Source: Dehalococcoidia bacterium
Lineage (GTDB): Bacteria > Chloroflexota > Dehalococcoidia > Bin125
Reading direction: 5' to 3'
Length of the DNA: 64,000 nucleotides
Assembly: GCA_963555985.3 (NCBI GenBank)
Contig: OY820591.1
Span: 800,001 to 864,000 of the forward strand
Shown: piece by piece, positions 1-9,393 of the stretch
How the letters are laid out: every line of letters begins with the position of its first letter
How positions within the stretch are numbered: the stretch's first letter is position 1
Position numbers and translations under genes: made by a program
The notes under the pieces: model-generated
What the model was told of the DNA's origin: nothing
What the model saw: the letters and a program-made list of their open reading frames with translations, nothing else
Database searches by the model: none

Positions 1-368
1 CGGCCGTTGATTCGGGGTTGCGTGCCTGAGCCGACGGTGTTGCCGCCGCCGTGGATCCAGACCATGACCGGGCGCTTGCGATCGTCGCAGGCGGGCGTCC
101 AGACGTTGAGGTAGAGGCAATCTTCGGATTGGGTCTGGGCGGGGATGCCGATCAGGTCGCCGACGTCTCCGCCGAGTTGGCGCTGCATCGCGGAGGCGGA
201 GAACTCGGTCGCGTCGCGGACGCTGTTCCAGGGATTGAGCGGTTCGGGCGATCGCCAGCGGAGTTCGCCGACGGGGGGCTGGGCGAAGGGGACGCCGCGG
301 AAGACGATGCAGCCGTCGTCCTCTGCGCCTTGCAGTTTGCCGAGGGTGGTGGTGACTTGCAGCGCCAT
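1..368 (-). CDS. Type-B carboxylesterase (N-terminal part; runs off the window edge)
   Basis: Manual translation from ATG at 368: MALQVTTTLGKLQG..FRGVPFAQPPVGELRW..SEDCLYLNVWTP..PVMVWIHGGG, the standard carboxylesterase B motifs. Confidence 0.9.
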   Translation of the reverse strand, partial: MALQVTTTLGKLQGAEDDGCIVFRGVPFAQPPVGELRWRSPEPLNPWNSVRDATEFSASAMQRQLGGDVGDLIGIPAQTQSEDCLYLNVWTPACDDRKRPVMVWIHGGGNTVGSGTQPRING

Positions 369-440
369 CGCAGCCTCCCGTGTCCGCGCGGTGGTGTCTG
401 TGCCCCGATGCTATCGGCAGCGGCCAGAGCAGCCGGATTG

Positions 441-1256
441 CTAGTGGGGCGTGAGCAGGATCTGTCGCCCGTTGAGGGGCTGTACAGGACGGAAGTTGGG
501 GCCGCCGTTGAGATCGCGCAGACGCTCCATCTGGTCTTGCGAGATGGTCCGCAGCCGGCGAGCGACAAACCATTGCACGCCTTCGCTGCAAGGCGGTGTC
601 GTCAGCGAGCCGGGGTAGCGGTAGCAGCCGTCCTCGTAGGCAGGCATGAAGTCAACCGCCGGCAGGCCGAGATCGCTGCTCGAGGTCTCGCCGAGCGCTG
701 GGGTTGCCTGGATCAACCGCTCAATCGCTGGGTCGGACGCGCCCAACTGGTAGAGCCCGCCCACGACCGCCAGTTCTCCGTCCGCCGCCTGATGCACGTG
801 ATGCATTTCCATGGCGAAGCGTTCGCCGTCGATCGTGTGCTCGCTCTCGACGTGGATGTGGAATTGCAGGAGGGTGTATTCGCGCTCGCCAACGCGGAGC
901 AGATTGCCCGGCTCGTAGCGGACATGCGCGGCGATGTGCTGATGCTCGATCTCTACGGCGTCGGTGTTGCGGTACTCGAACTCCAAGGCAGGCGCGTCGC
1001 CTGCTACGGCGCCCGTCAGGTTGATTGGCGATTGCATCTTGCCGCTCTCGCACACGGCGTACTCCTTGCTCAGTTCCGGCCAGTTGCGCGGGCCGTTGGC
1101 GCCGCGGTAGCTCCAACTGTGACCCGCCGGCGCGTGTTCGTCGCCCCCGCAGCCGACCATCACCAGACCGCACGCTCCAACCGCGCCACGCCAACCGGCG
1201 CGGAGCAACGCGCGACGGCTCAGGCGGCCTCTGCTGCCGCTTGCGGTACGGGGCAC
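441..1256 (-). CDS. Alpha-class carbonic anhydrase, Tat-exported lipoprotein
   Basis: WSY, QSPINL, QFHIH..SEH, EMHHVH and GSLTTPPCSEGVQW motifs; N-terminal SRRALL and lipobox-like MVGC. Confidence 0.93.
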   Translation of the reverse strand: MPRTASGSRGRLSRRALLRAGWRGAVGACGLVMVGCGGDEHAPAGHSWSYRGANGPRNWPELSKEYAVCESGKMQSPINLTGAVAGDAPALEFEYRNTDAVEIEHQHIAAHVRYEPGNLLRVGEREYTLLQFHIHVESEHTIDGERFAMEMHHVHQAADGELAVVGGLYQLGASDPAIERLIQATPALGETSSSDLGLPAVDFMPAYEDGCYRYPGSLTTPPCSEGVQWFVARRLRTISQDQMERLRDLNGGPNFRPVQPLNGRQILLTPH

Positions 1257-1461
1257 GGAGCGATCCTCAGTTCGGCAGGCGCTGTGCGTAGGCTAGCCAA
1301 TCGCTGATGTCGATTGGCGGCTGTCCGTTGCCCAGGTTTCCAGTCTTCGTCATCGCAGCTCGACTCCGAGACTGTCTTGCGATTCGAGCGGTAGCTTATC
1401 GTGCGAACGTCGATGAACGCCGCTCAAGCGGACGCAGATGCCCGCAACGCAGGGACGAACG

Positions 1462-3585
1462 ATGGCTGAGCGGCGTGACGGACCGACTCTGCGGCGGCTG
1501 CTGGGCGCGACAGTGCTGCTGGCCGCATTGGTCGCGGTTGCCTGGATGATTGCGCCGACCGCTCGCGCCGAACCGCCGCGCTTGGCCAGCGTCACCCTCT
1601 ATCAGGGACTCAATATCGTCGCCTGGACGGGCGAGCCGGTCTCGGTTGACGACTTCGTGCGCGCGCTGCCCGCGACGCCAAGGACGATCTTCATCCGGGA
1701 TCCGGAGACGCGCCGCTACCGATTTTGGAGGGCGAACGCATCCGGCTCGCTCAACAGCCTGCGCGCGATCCCGACTGGCGCCGTCGTCAACTTGCGCCTG
1801 AGTGCGCCGCCGCCGGGTCCGTGGGTCTATGAGCAGGCTGACTCCCTATCCCCGACCGAGATCGGCCCCGAGCTGACGCCCGGCAGCTACCAACTGGTCT
1901 GGCACGAGCGCGGCCAGACCCGTCTTGTCGACGCTCTGCGCGGCCTCGGCGATGCGCTCGAACGAGTCCGACGCTGGGATGCGATCGCCCAACGCAACGT
2001 CGTCGCTCCGCCCGATGCGCTCATTCGCTACGGCGACGTGCTGACGTTGGAGATCGGCTCACCGGTCTACTGGGCGCGTCCGACCGACGAGCCGACGAAG
2101 ATCGTTTGGTTCGGCACGGTCTCAGCGGAACGCAGGGTGCAGGTGCGAGCGGCGATCGACGCGGCGCGCGACTGGTTCGCGGACGAATACGGTGTCGAAA
2201 CGGTCGCCTTCACCCTCTACTACGGCGACGACATCGACGCGATCCTTCGCGGCCACCGCCAGCGCGAATCGGAACACTTCTACGACGGCACCGAAGACGG
2301 GTGGCGCGGCCAATGGGCGAGCGGCGGTCTCGTCGTTCAGCAGTACGACCACATGGTGCTCGGCGGCGAGGTCTGGGGCGGCGGCGACAGCCAACTGCGG
2401 CGGGCGGCTGTCCAACAATACTGGCGCATCCTCCGCGCGCGGCTGGCCGGCCATCTCCGCTCGGTCAACGCCTGGCATCGCGGCAACGGCGCCGTGCCGA
2501 GCTGGATGCGCGCAGCGTCCTACCAGCGGGAGCGCTTCTCCGGTCAATCCAGCGACTCTCGCAGCCGCTGGATCGATAACGCAGCCGAGACCGACGCCCT
2601 CCTCTCAGCCGGCGAGCGCTGGGACGGCTGGCGGGGGATTTCCTGGCAAGTCACGGAGAGCCTCAGTTCGCTCGGCGTCGAATGGCTGGCCGATTATGCG
2701 GGCGACGACTCGCTGCTCGAGTTCTGGCGGCAACTGCGCCAGCACGACCGCTGGCAGGACGCCTTCCGCGCCGCCTTCGGTCTGACCTCGACCGACTTCT
2801 ACCGCCGCTACGAGTCCTGGCGGGCCGCCGGCTTCCCCATCCAAGCGGGCGGCGCGACGCACATGATCTCAGGCCGCGTGCAGGGACCCGACCGCGAGCC
2901 CGTCGCCGATTTCACCCTCCACGCCTGTCCCGAAGACTCGCGCAGCGGCGATTGCGTCGACGCGACCACCGACGCCGACGGAAGCTACGCCTTCTCGCTG
3001 CCCGCCGGACGCTACATGCTCTCCGCCGTGATCGAAGCCGACGGCTGCACCGTCTCGCGCAACTACGGTGGACGCTGGCGCGACCTGACCCAATCCTGGT
3101 CGTCGCACAGCCTGATCGACATCCGCGAGGGCGACATGAGCGGGCGCGCCCTCCGCCTCTCGGCCTTGCCCGGCTCCGACGAGAGCGCGGCCTGGTGCGA
3201 GCGCGGACGCCCCGACTACTTCGATGTCGAGTTCGTCTCCTTCAGCGGCAACCTGACCGGCCCCGACGGAGCGATCGGAGGCGTTCACATCCACGCTTGT
3301 CTCGACCCCGACTACCGGGGCACGCCGTCGGGCAGTTGCTACGCCGGCGTCAGCGCCGCCAACGGCGACTTCTACATCAACCTGCCCGCCAACGCGACCT
3401 ATCAGCTCTCGATCGAACCGACCTGGAGCCGCTGCGAAACGCACGGCTGGTACGCCAACACAGGCCCGACCGAGAACCGTAAGCGGGCGCGCACGTTCAC
3501 CGTGCGTGGCGCCGACATCGACGGCCTGAAGCTCAAGCTGCCCGCCAACCCCGCCGCGCTCTCCGCCTACAACCCTTGCAACTAG
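1462..3585 (+). CDS. Secreted multidomain protein: N-terminal repeats, degenerate zincin-like domain, carboxypeptidase-regulatory-like domains
   Basis: Signal peptide ending ARA; colinear with the paralog at 43971-46247; ISGRVQGPD..TTDADGSY motifs. Confidence 0.7.
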   Translation: MAERRDGPTLRRLLGATVLLAALVAVAWMIAPTARAEPPRLASVTLYQGLNIVAWTGEPVSVDDFVRALPATPRTIFIRDPETRRYRFWRANASGSLNSLRAIPTGAVVNLRLSAPPPGPWVYEQADSLSPTEIGPELTPGSYQLVWHERGQTRLVDALRGLGDALERVRRWDAIAQRNVVAPPDALIRYGDVLTLEIGSPVYWARPTDEPTKIVWFGTVSAERRVQVRAAIDAARDWFADEYGVETVAFTLYYGDDIDAILRGHRQRESEHFYDGTEDGWRGQWASGGLVVQQYDHMVLGGEVWGGGDSQLRRAAVQQYWRILRARLAGHLRSVNAWHRGNGAVPSWMRAASYQRERFSGQSSDSRSRWIDNAAETDALLSAGERWDGWRGISWQVTESLSSLGVEWLADYAGDDSLLEFWRQLRQHDRWQDAFRAAFGLTSTDFYRRYESWRAAGFPIQAGGATHMISGRVQGPDREPVADFTLHACPEDSRSGDCVDATTDADGSYAFSLPAGRYMLSAVIEADGCTVSRNYGGRWRDLTQSWSSHSLIDIREGDMSGRALRLSALPGSDESAAWCERGRPDYFDVEFVSFSGNLTGPDGAIGGVHIHACLDPDYRGTPSGSCYAGVSAANGDFYINLPANATYQLSIEPTWSRCETHGWYANTGPTENRKRARTFTVRGADIDGLKLKLPANPAALSAYNPCN

Positions 3586-3594
3586 GCGGCGATC

Positions 3595-5280
3595 ATGGCG
3601 TTCGTTCGGGTCCTGATCACTGTCGCAGCGATCGTCGCGGCGGCCTTTGCGCTCGCGCCGGCCTCGGCGGAGACCACCGACGCGATCAGCCTGCAACCAG
3701 GCCGGAACGTCCTGACGTGGAACGGTTCGGCACCGTACCCGATTGCCAACTTCGCCGAAACGCCCGTCACGCAGATCCACCGCTGGGACGCAGTGAGACA
3801 AGAGTGGCTCTCGCACTTCATCGGTCAGGACGGCGCAACCCTGCCGGAGCTGCATCTGCTCCCGCGAGTGCAGTACCTGCTCGCCACTGAGGCTGAGTAT
3901 GAGCTTGGCGTGCCCAATCCGCTTGCGGAGATCAATCTGCACGCCGAATTGCGCTTGGCGGATGTGCCCGGTGATCCGCTGCGCTTTGAGGCCTACTGGC
4001 CCAACGAGGACAGCCCGCTGGAGGATTTGATCCTGCTGCGACCAGACGACGAACGACTGTCGGTCAGGGCCGAGGTAGCGGGTGGCGTCGGCGAGATTGA
4101 GGTGTACTGGGTCTTGGACGGACGGCTGAATCATCAGGGGCAGGAATCAGACGACGTTGAGTTACTGCCGGGCAAGCATGATGACGCTCGGCTATACGCG
4201 GTTGACGCACTTGGACAAGTTGTCTCGGTAGAGTTGCCGAGAGTCGTGAAGCTGCCTCAGGTCGAGATGCCGGAGATGGTGTACGGCGTGAACGCATGGT
4301 CTCTGAGCGCGCCGATCGGCTCACAATCCTGGGGAATGTATGGAAGCCGAGACGAGTACTTGGCGGTCATCCAGATGATCGCCGATATCGGGTTCGAATA
4401 CGTTCGTCTCTGGATTCCAACGGACCTGGTGTTTTATGGATGGGGCGACTCACTACAACATCTGGATTGGCTGTTCCAGAGCATTCATGAGGCTGGGCTA
4501 CAGGCACTGCCGGTTGTCGGCCCTTACGGCCCTCGCAGATTACTCTCTTCCGATGTCAGCATCGATCGCGGCGTGCTCTTCAACGGACAGGCAGTAGGAG
4601 ACGTCAACCACGCCGAAGCCTTAGGACGAATAGCTGGACGTCGCTGGCAATCGGTCGCTTTCTTCGAGGTCTCAAACGAGCCGAACATCAAGCAGTATCG
4701 AACTGACCTCGACCCTATCAAGGAGGTAGAGCAGCAACGCGCCGTCGCCCTTGGGATTTTGTATGAGAATCCGAACGCGATCATCGTCGCTGGGACGCCG
4801 TGCTGCTTCTGGCTGGACAAGTGGGACGGGGGAATCCATGGATTGATCTTTCTGGAGGCGATGTACGACGCCGGGTTCGGCTCTTGGTACGACATCCTTG
4901 GCATTCACCTCAGCGTAGAGGCCGCTGACTTTAACTCGGAAGTTGATCGGACGCGGAGACTCATGACTCGTTACGGAGATGGCGCAAAGCCGCTCTGGGC
5001 GACGGAAACGCCCGCGCATTGGCAGAGTGAAGAGCAGTACACCGAATTCCTGGTGGACTATCTCCGCAGGGCAACCAAGAGGAATGACCTAAACGGCGTG
5101 TTGATCTGGAAGATCCGAGATTTTCCGTTTTCCTACTTCCCCGATGTCGCTCCAGTAGAACATCGAACCGGCATCGTCGCAGCCGAATACTCGAACGGAC
5201 AATTGACGCTCCAACCCTCCGGCATCGCCGTCCGCGACTTCCTCCGCGCTCAACGCAAGAAGCAGGCGGCGAACGAGTGA
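3595..5280 (+). CDS. Secreted clan GH-A glycoside hydrolase (GH5/GH39-like) with shared N-terminal domain
   Basis: Signal peptide ending ASA; FEVSNEPN acid/base and KPLWATET nucleophile motifs. Confidence 0.75.
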   Translation: MAFVRVLITVAAIVAAAFALAPASAETTDAISLQPGRNVLTWNGSAPYPIANFAETPVTQIHRWDAVRQEWLSHFIGQDGATLPELHLLPRVQYLLATEAEYELGVPNPLAEINLHAELRLADVPGDPLRFEAYWPNEDSPLEDLILLRPDDERLSVRAEVAGGVGEIEVYWVLDGRLNHQGQESDDVELLPGKHDDARLYAVDALGQVVSVELPRVVKLPQVEMPEMVYGVNAWSLSAPIGSQSWGMYGSRDEYLAVIQMIADIGFEYVRLWIPTDLVFYGWGDSLQHLDWLFQSIHEAGLQALPVVGPYGPRRLLSSDVSIDRGVLFNGQAVGDVNHAEALGRIAGRRWQSVAFFEVSNEPNIKQYRTDLDPIKEVEQQRAVALGILYENPNAIIVAGTPCCFWLDKWDGGIHGLIFLEAMYDAGFGSWYDILGIHLSVEAADFNSEVDRTRRLMTRYGDGAKPLWATETPAHWQSEEQYTEFLVDYLRRATKRNDLNGVLIWKIRDFPFSYFPDVAPVEHRTGIVAAEYSNGQLTLQPSGIAVRDFLRAQRKKQAANE

Positions 5281-5372
5281 CCTGGCTGGCTAGCTCCATT
5301 CCCTGGAAGAGTGGCCCGGACCTCCGTCGGCTACCTTGATCGCGTCCGATGCTCCAACGCGAGGGAACGTCC

Positions 5373-6242
5373 ATGACTGAGTACGAAACCTACGACCCGG
5401 CGGTCCACAACCGCTCCACACCTCAAGAGATCTTCGGGCCTGTCGTGAAGGTCGACAAACTCGAAGACGGCGCGGTCTACCTGATCACGCTCAATCGTCC
5501 GCACCGGCTGAACTCGATCGGCGACGGCCTCTCCGATGCGCTTTACGACGCCTTTGTCGAGTACCGCGACGATCCGCAGGCTCGCTGCGCGGTCTTGACC
5601 GGGGCGGGGCGGGCGTTTTGCGCAGGGGCGGACCTGATCGACACGGCTGAGACGCGGGAGGCGGAACGCGAGGGGCGCGACGATGCGCCCGCTCCGATCA
5701 TCAATCGTCGCAAGAGTCCGGTGCCGCTCTCGGAGTCGCTTGGACTCTGGAAACCGACGATCGCGGCGATCAACGGTTGGGCGGTCGCGGGCGGGTTCAT
5801 GTACGCGATGCAGTGCGACATCCGGATCATGTCGGAAGAGGCGAAGGTGGGGATCGCGGAGGCGCGCTGGAACATGGGCGGCGCGGGCTGGATGGTCCCG
5901 ATCACGCGCCAGATCGGGCTGGGCAATGCGCTCGAGCTGACGCTCTGGGGCGACACCCAGTACGACGCGCGTCGCTGCTACGAGATCGGCTGGGTGCAGC
6001 GGGTAGTGCCGCAGGAGATGCTGTTGGAGACGGCGCTGGAGTACGCGCGGCGGATGATCTATCTGGCGCCGGCGGCGGTGCGCAACATGAAGCAGGCGCT
6101 CTATCGCGGGTTCGGAATGGAGGCGACGATGGCGCAAGCCTTCGGCAGTGCGATCGAGCAGAACCTGCAAGGGATGAACGACTCGATCGAGGGCCCCAAG
6201 GCGTTCAGCGAGAAGCGGCGTCCGAAGTTTACGGACACGTAG
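5373..6242 (+). CDS. Enoyl-CoA hydratase/isomerase family protein
   Basis: LNRP..N, GAGRAFCAGADL and KPTIAAING..AGG motifs. Confidence 0.93.
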   Translation: MTEYETYDPAVHNRSTPQEIFGPVVKVDKLEDGAVYLITLNRPHRLNSIGDGLSDALYDAFVEYRDDPQARCAVLTGAGRAFCAGADLIDTAETREAEREGRDDAPAPIINRRKSPVPLSESLGLWKPTIAAINGWAVAGGFMYAMQCDIRIMSEEAKVGIAEARWNMGGAGWMVPITRQIGLGNALELTLWGDTQYDARRCYEIGWVQRVVPQEMLLETALEYARRMIYLAPAAVRNMKQALYRGFGMEATMAQAFGSAIEQNLQGMNDSIEGPKAFSEKRRPKFTDT

Positions 6243-6260
6243 AGCTGCTCGCAGGGCTGA

Positions 6261-6797
6261 CTAGCCGTTGAGCAGGGCGGCGATCCGTTGCTGCTGGTCG
6301 TGATTGAGTTTGCCGCAGCTGGCGCGGGCTCGCAGGGTGTCGGAGAGGGCGGTAAAGACGGCGGCGTTGGGGTCGTTGAGTTGCTCGCCCAGCCGGTCGG
6401 CGAACCAGTCGCGCACCTTGAGCCACTGCCACTGTTGGCTGTCTTCGTCTGGCCAGGTCAAGGGATTGGGGAACGGAACGTCGTCGTTGGTGCGCTCGAT
6501 GAGGCCGAGGACGGAGGCAACGCTGCGGCCGCTGCGTGCCGCGATCTCGTCGAGGGAGACAGGCGACTCGTCCCAAATAGCGGTGACCGCGATATCGCCG
6601 ACGCGCTCGACATCGGCAATGGCGCTGAACACGGCCTCCTCCAAGGTCGGGGCCGCTCGGGAAAATGTGGCGTACTCGGCACCGTCCCGATGCGCGAAGA
6701 GCGCGTCGTCGCAGCCCGCCTCATGCAGCGCATCGAACGCATCGTCGATGTCGGTCTCTTGCGGGTCCAGACGCAAGCGGAAATGCCAAGTGTTCAT
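6261..6797 (-). CDS. Putative antitoxin (HicB-like N-terminus plus HTH)
   Basis: LHEAGCDDA..F.RAA....A..SAI.DV motif, then SLDEIAARSGRS..FPNP; ATGA-coupled to an upstream HicA-like gene. Confidence 0.6.
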   Translation of the reverse strand: MNTWHFRLRLDPQETDIDDAFDALHEAGCDDALFAHRDGAEYATFSRAAPTLEEAVFSAIADVERVGDIAVTAIWDESPVSLDEIAARSGRSVASVLGLIERTNDDVPFPNPLTWPDEDSQQWQWLKVRDWFADRLGEQLNDPNAAVFTALSDTLRARASCGKLNHDQQQRIAALLNG

Positions 6798-7036
6798 CTC
6801 AAGTCTCTTGCCCAGCCGTGTCGACAGGCTGCGAGCTCTCGCTTGATGTCATTCGCATGGTCGCCAGGATTGCGGGGTGTCGAAGCGACCCGGATTCGAC
6901 ACCCGGACCGGCTCCGCTCGTCGCACAGGAGGTATCCCCAGAGATGGCCTCGGCGACTCAGTTCTACACGTCATCCTACGCCCTCAACAGCGCGCAGCAC
7001 GCGCTCGATCTCCTTCTTCGGATGCCGCTCTCTCAC
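6794..7036 (-). pseudogene. HicA-like toxin with internal TGA (codon 22)
   Basis: VRERHPKKEIERVLRAVEGVG*RVELSRRGHLWGYLLC..STPRNPGDHA; TGA at 6973-6971 where GW is expected; the final stop overlaps the antitoxin ATG. Confidence 0.7.
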
Positions 7037-7091
7037 TGTCCAGCGTTATCGGATCAGGCGAACGCGGCGATGACCGATACACTGACTGGCG

Positions 7092-7403
7092 ATGTCCACC
7101 CTCCGTATTCACTGGCACGAGCAGACCTCTGACTTTGGCCAGCCGATGCCCTGGTTCGGCTCCTGGCTCGTCGGCGACGGTGAGACCGAGGGCGACTGGT
7201 TCCACTCCGCGCGCGGCGCCGCCGAAACTACCCACCAGCCGCCCGCCGACGCCGTCGGCGTCCGACTCCGCTTCTGGCCGTCGGAGGGGCTGGATCCGGA
7301 GTACATCGATCTGCCGCTGCCGGAGAGCGGTGTGATCGAGACGATTGCGCTCGATTACGATCGTCCGGGGCCGCACTCGAGGTTGGAAGTGTCGGAGACC
7401 TGA
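7092..7403 (+). CDS. Hypothetical protein
   Basis: 103-aa ORF with host-like codon usage and TACACT just upstream. Confidence 0.6.
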   Translation: MSTLRIHWHEQTSDFGQPMPWFGSWLVGDGETEGDWFHSARGAAETTHQPPADAVGVRLRFWPSEGLDPEYIDLPLPESGVIETIALDYDRPGPHSRLEVSET

Positions 7404-7465
7404 TCGCTCAGCTAGACTTTGCCCAACGCTCGAAAGACGGCAGGCGCGCCCTGCCTGGAAGGACT

Positions 7466-8692
7466 ATGCCAATGGTGACCGCTGAACGTCCTGCCGCCGA
7501 CCCGGTGGGTTATGAGATTCCCGAGCATCGGACGCTGACGCCGGGGACTGAGGGCTGGATTCGCACGGCGCGGCCTGATGACCCGGCGAAGTACTTCATG
7601 GTCTCGGCCGACTGCCATGTGCATGAGCCGGTCGATCTGTGGGAGCGGCGGGTGGATGAGCAGTACCGCCACCGCCTGCCTCGGATCGAGGTGGACGAGG
7701 ACGGCGTGCGCTGGCAGGTGACGGAGGGTCACCGCCCGACCAAGATTCGCGATCTGAAACTGGCCGGCGAAGACCTGGTGCGGGACAAGCACGGCAACGC
7801 CGACCCGGCCGAGCGCGCGCGCGACATGGACCTGGACGGGGTGGACTGCGAGATCATCTTCCCGAACAAGGGCCTCTCGATGTGGGCGACCTCCGACCCA
7901 GTCTTCTCCAACGCCATGTGCAGCGCCTGGAACGACTGGGCCTGGGAGACCTTCGGCGACACCTATGATCGCTCTTCGCCGCTCGCTTGCGTGGCGACCG
8001 GCGATATTCCGGGCGCGATTGCGGAGATCTACCGCTCGGCTGAACGCGGCTTCCGCGGCTTTTCCTTCCCGGCCAAGCCGGTCTGGGGCCCGACCGGCGA
8101 GGATTCTCGCAACTACAACCTGCCGGAGTTTGATCCGCTCTGGGCGGCGGTTGAGGAGACCGGGCTGCCGATCACGTTCCACGTCTCGACCGGACGCGAC
8201 CCGCGCGGGGCTCGCGGCAACGGCGGCGCGGTCACGAACTACGTCTTCCACTCGCTGGCGATGACGATGGAGCCGGTGATCAACATGTGCGCGTCGGGCG
8301 TGTTCCAGCGCTTCCCCGGCCTGCGCGCGGGCACGATTGAGGCGGGCATCGGCTGGATTCCCTGGGCGCTCGGGGCGATGGACGAGGCCTACCACAAGCA
8401 TCACATGTGGGCGTTCCCCAAGCTGGAGATGCTGCCCTCGGACTTTTACCGGGCGCACTGCTTCGGCTCGTTCCAGGAAGATCCCTCCGGGACCGACTTG
8501 GCGCGCAAGCACGACCTGGTCGAGAACCTGCTCTGGGCCAACGACTACCCGCACCACGAGGGTTCGTGGCCGCACTCGGCGGCGGCGATCGAGCGCACGA
8601 TGGCCGACCTCGACGACGACGAGCGAGCGAAGATCCTCGGCCTCAACGCGGCGCGCATCTTCAACTTCGAGGTGCCCGAGTCGAAGCGCTAG
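7466..8692 (+). CDS. Amidohydrolase family protein (Amidohydro_2)
   Basis: SADCHVHE, ITFH, EAGIGW and WANDYPH motifs. Confidence 0.92.
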   Translation: MPMVTAERPAADPVGYEIPEHRTLTPGTEGWIRTARPDDPAKYFMVSADCHVHEPVDLWERRVDEQYRHRLPRIEVDEDGVRWQVTEGHRPTKIRDLKLAGEDLVRDKHGNADPAERARDMDLDGVDCEIIFPNKGLSMWATSDPVFSNAMCSAWNDWAWETFGDTYDRSSPLACVATGDIPGAIAEIYRSAERGFRGFSFPAKPVWGPTGEDSRNYNLPEFDPLWAAVEETGLPITFHVSTGRDPRGARGNGGAVTNYVFHSLAMTMEPVINMCASGVFQRFPGLRAGTIEAGIGWIPWALGAMDEAYHKHHMWAFPKLEMLPSDFYRAHCFGSFQEDPSGTDLARKHDLVENLLWANDYPHHEGSWPHSAAAIERTMADLDDDERAKILGLNAARIFNFEVPESKR

Positions 8693-8929
8693 CGAGTCTT
8701 GGCTGCGTCGTCCGCGGCTCGCCCGGCAATTGCGATGTGCGCGAGCACGCTCGACCTCTGTGCTGGTCGCGGCGAGTGATCCGCGTCTGCGCGGGAGACC
8801 TGCGCGGGAGACATGCCCTAGGGCCTGTTGACACAACCACGAGCGCGGTCGGCCCGCACGCGCGCTGGTCTCGAGGCTGAGCCTCGGCGCTCCCTGCCCC
8901 GCCCGCCTCCAGCGAGGCGAAACCGGGTA

Positions 8930-9190
8930 TGCTCAGAACATATACGCGCACGAATCCAATGGGAGACCGCTGTGTTCCGTGCACGACTCGCGCCAAACCC
9001 GGACGGCGCTGGACATGCCCGGATTCGCCTGGAAAAAATCCGCCCAAATCGAGATGAATCCAGACGAATCCGGACAGATCTGGACAAATCTGGACAAATC
9101 CAGACCCGCGAACGCACGATCCTCAGCGCTCGCCAGGAGCTCCGCTCAATCCCTCCGAAATTCTCCCGCCAAACAGCGCCGATGCACTTC
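8930..9190 (+). repeat. Divergent copy of the 10-bp-periodic dispersed element
   Basis: 9031-9100: seven units in 10-bp register ending (A/G)ATC, including TGGACAAATC twice; shares CAGACGAATC and TGGACAAATC with the 17907 and 31254 copies. Confidence 0.7.
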
Positions 9191-9393
9191 GCGCAGTCTG
9201 AACACGCTCTAAGGCAAGCGCGGGTATGACGGAATTGGGGCGTGTGCGGGAAACGAAACCGGGCTTGATCTCGCAAGCGTGTCGGGAGGCCGCTAGGCTG
9301 TATCTCGATTGCTGGTAGGCTGCGAGCAATCAGGCGGTCGCGGCGCACTCAAGTCCGGCCGGATCGAGAGCGAAGACTGAGAGGACGGATTGT

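Noticed and set aside
6940-6973. Selenocysteine at the TGA of the HicA-like gene
   Set aside because: The position corresponds to the GW motif and no convincing SECIS-like hairpin follows.
8818-8834. CTAGGGCCTGTTGACAC as a possible IS5-like end
   Set aside because: No matching second end or transposase was found.
9031-9100. CRISPR array at the periodic repeats (also 31431 and 63841)
   Set aside because: Units are 10 bp with no unique spacers, and there are no cas genes.
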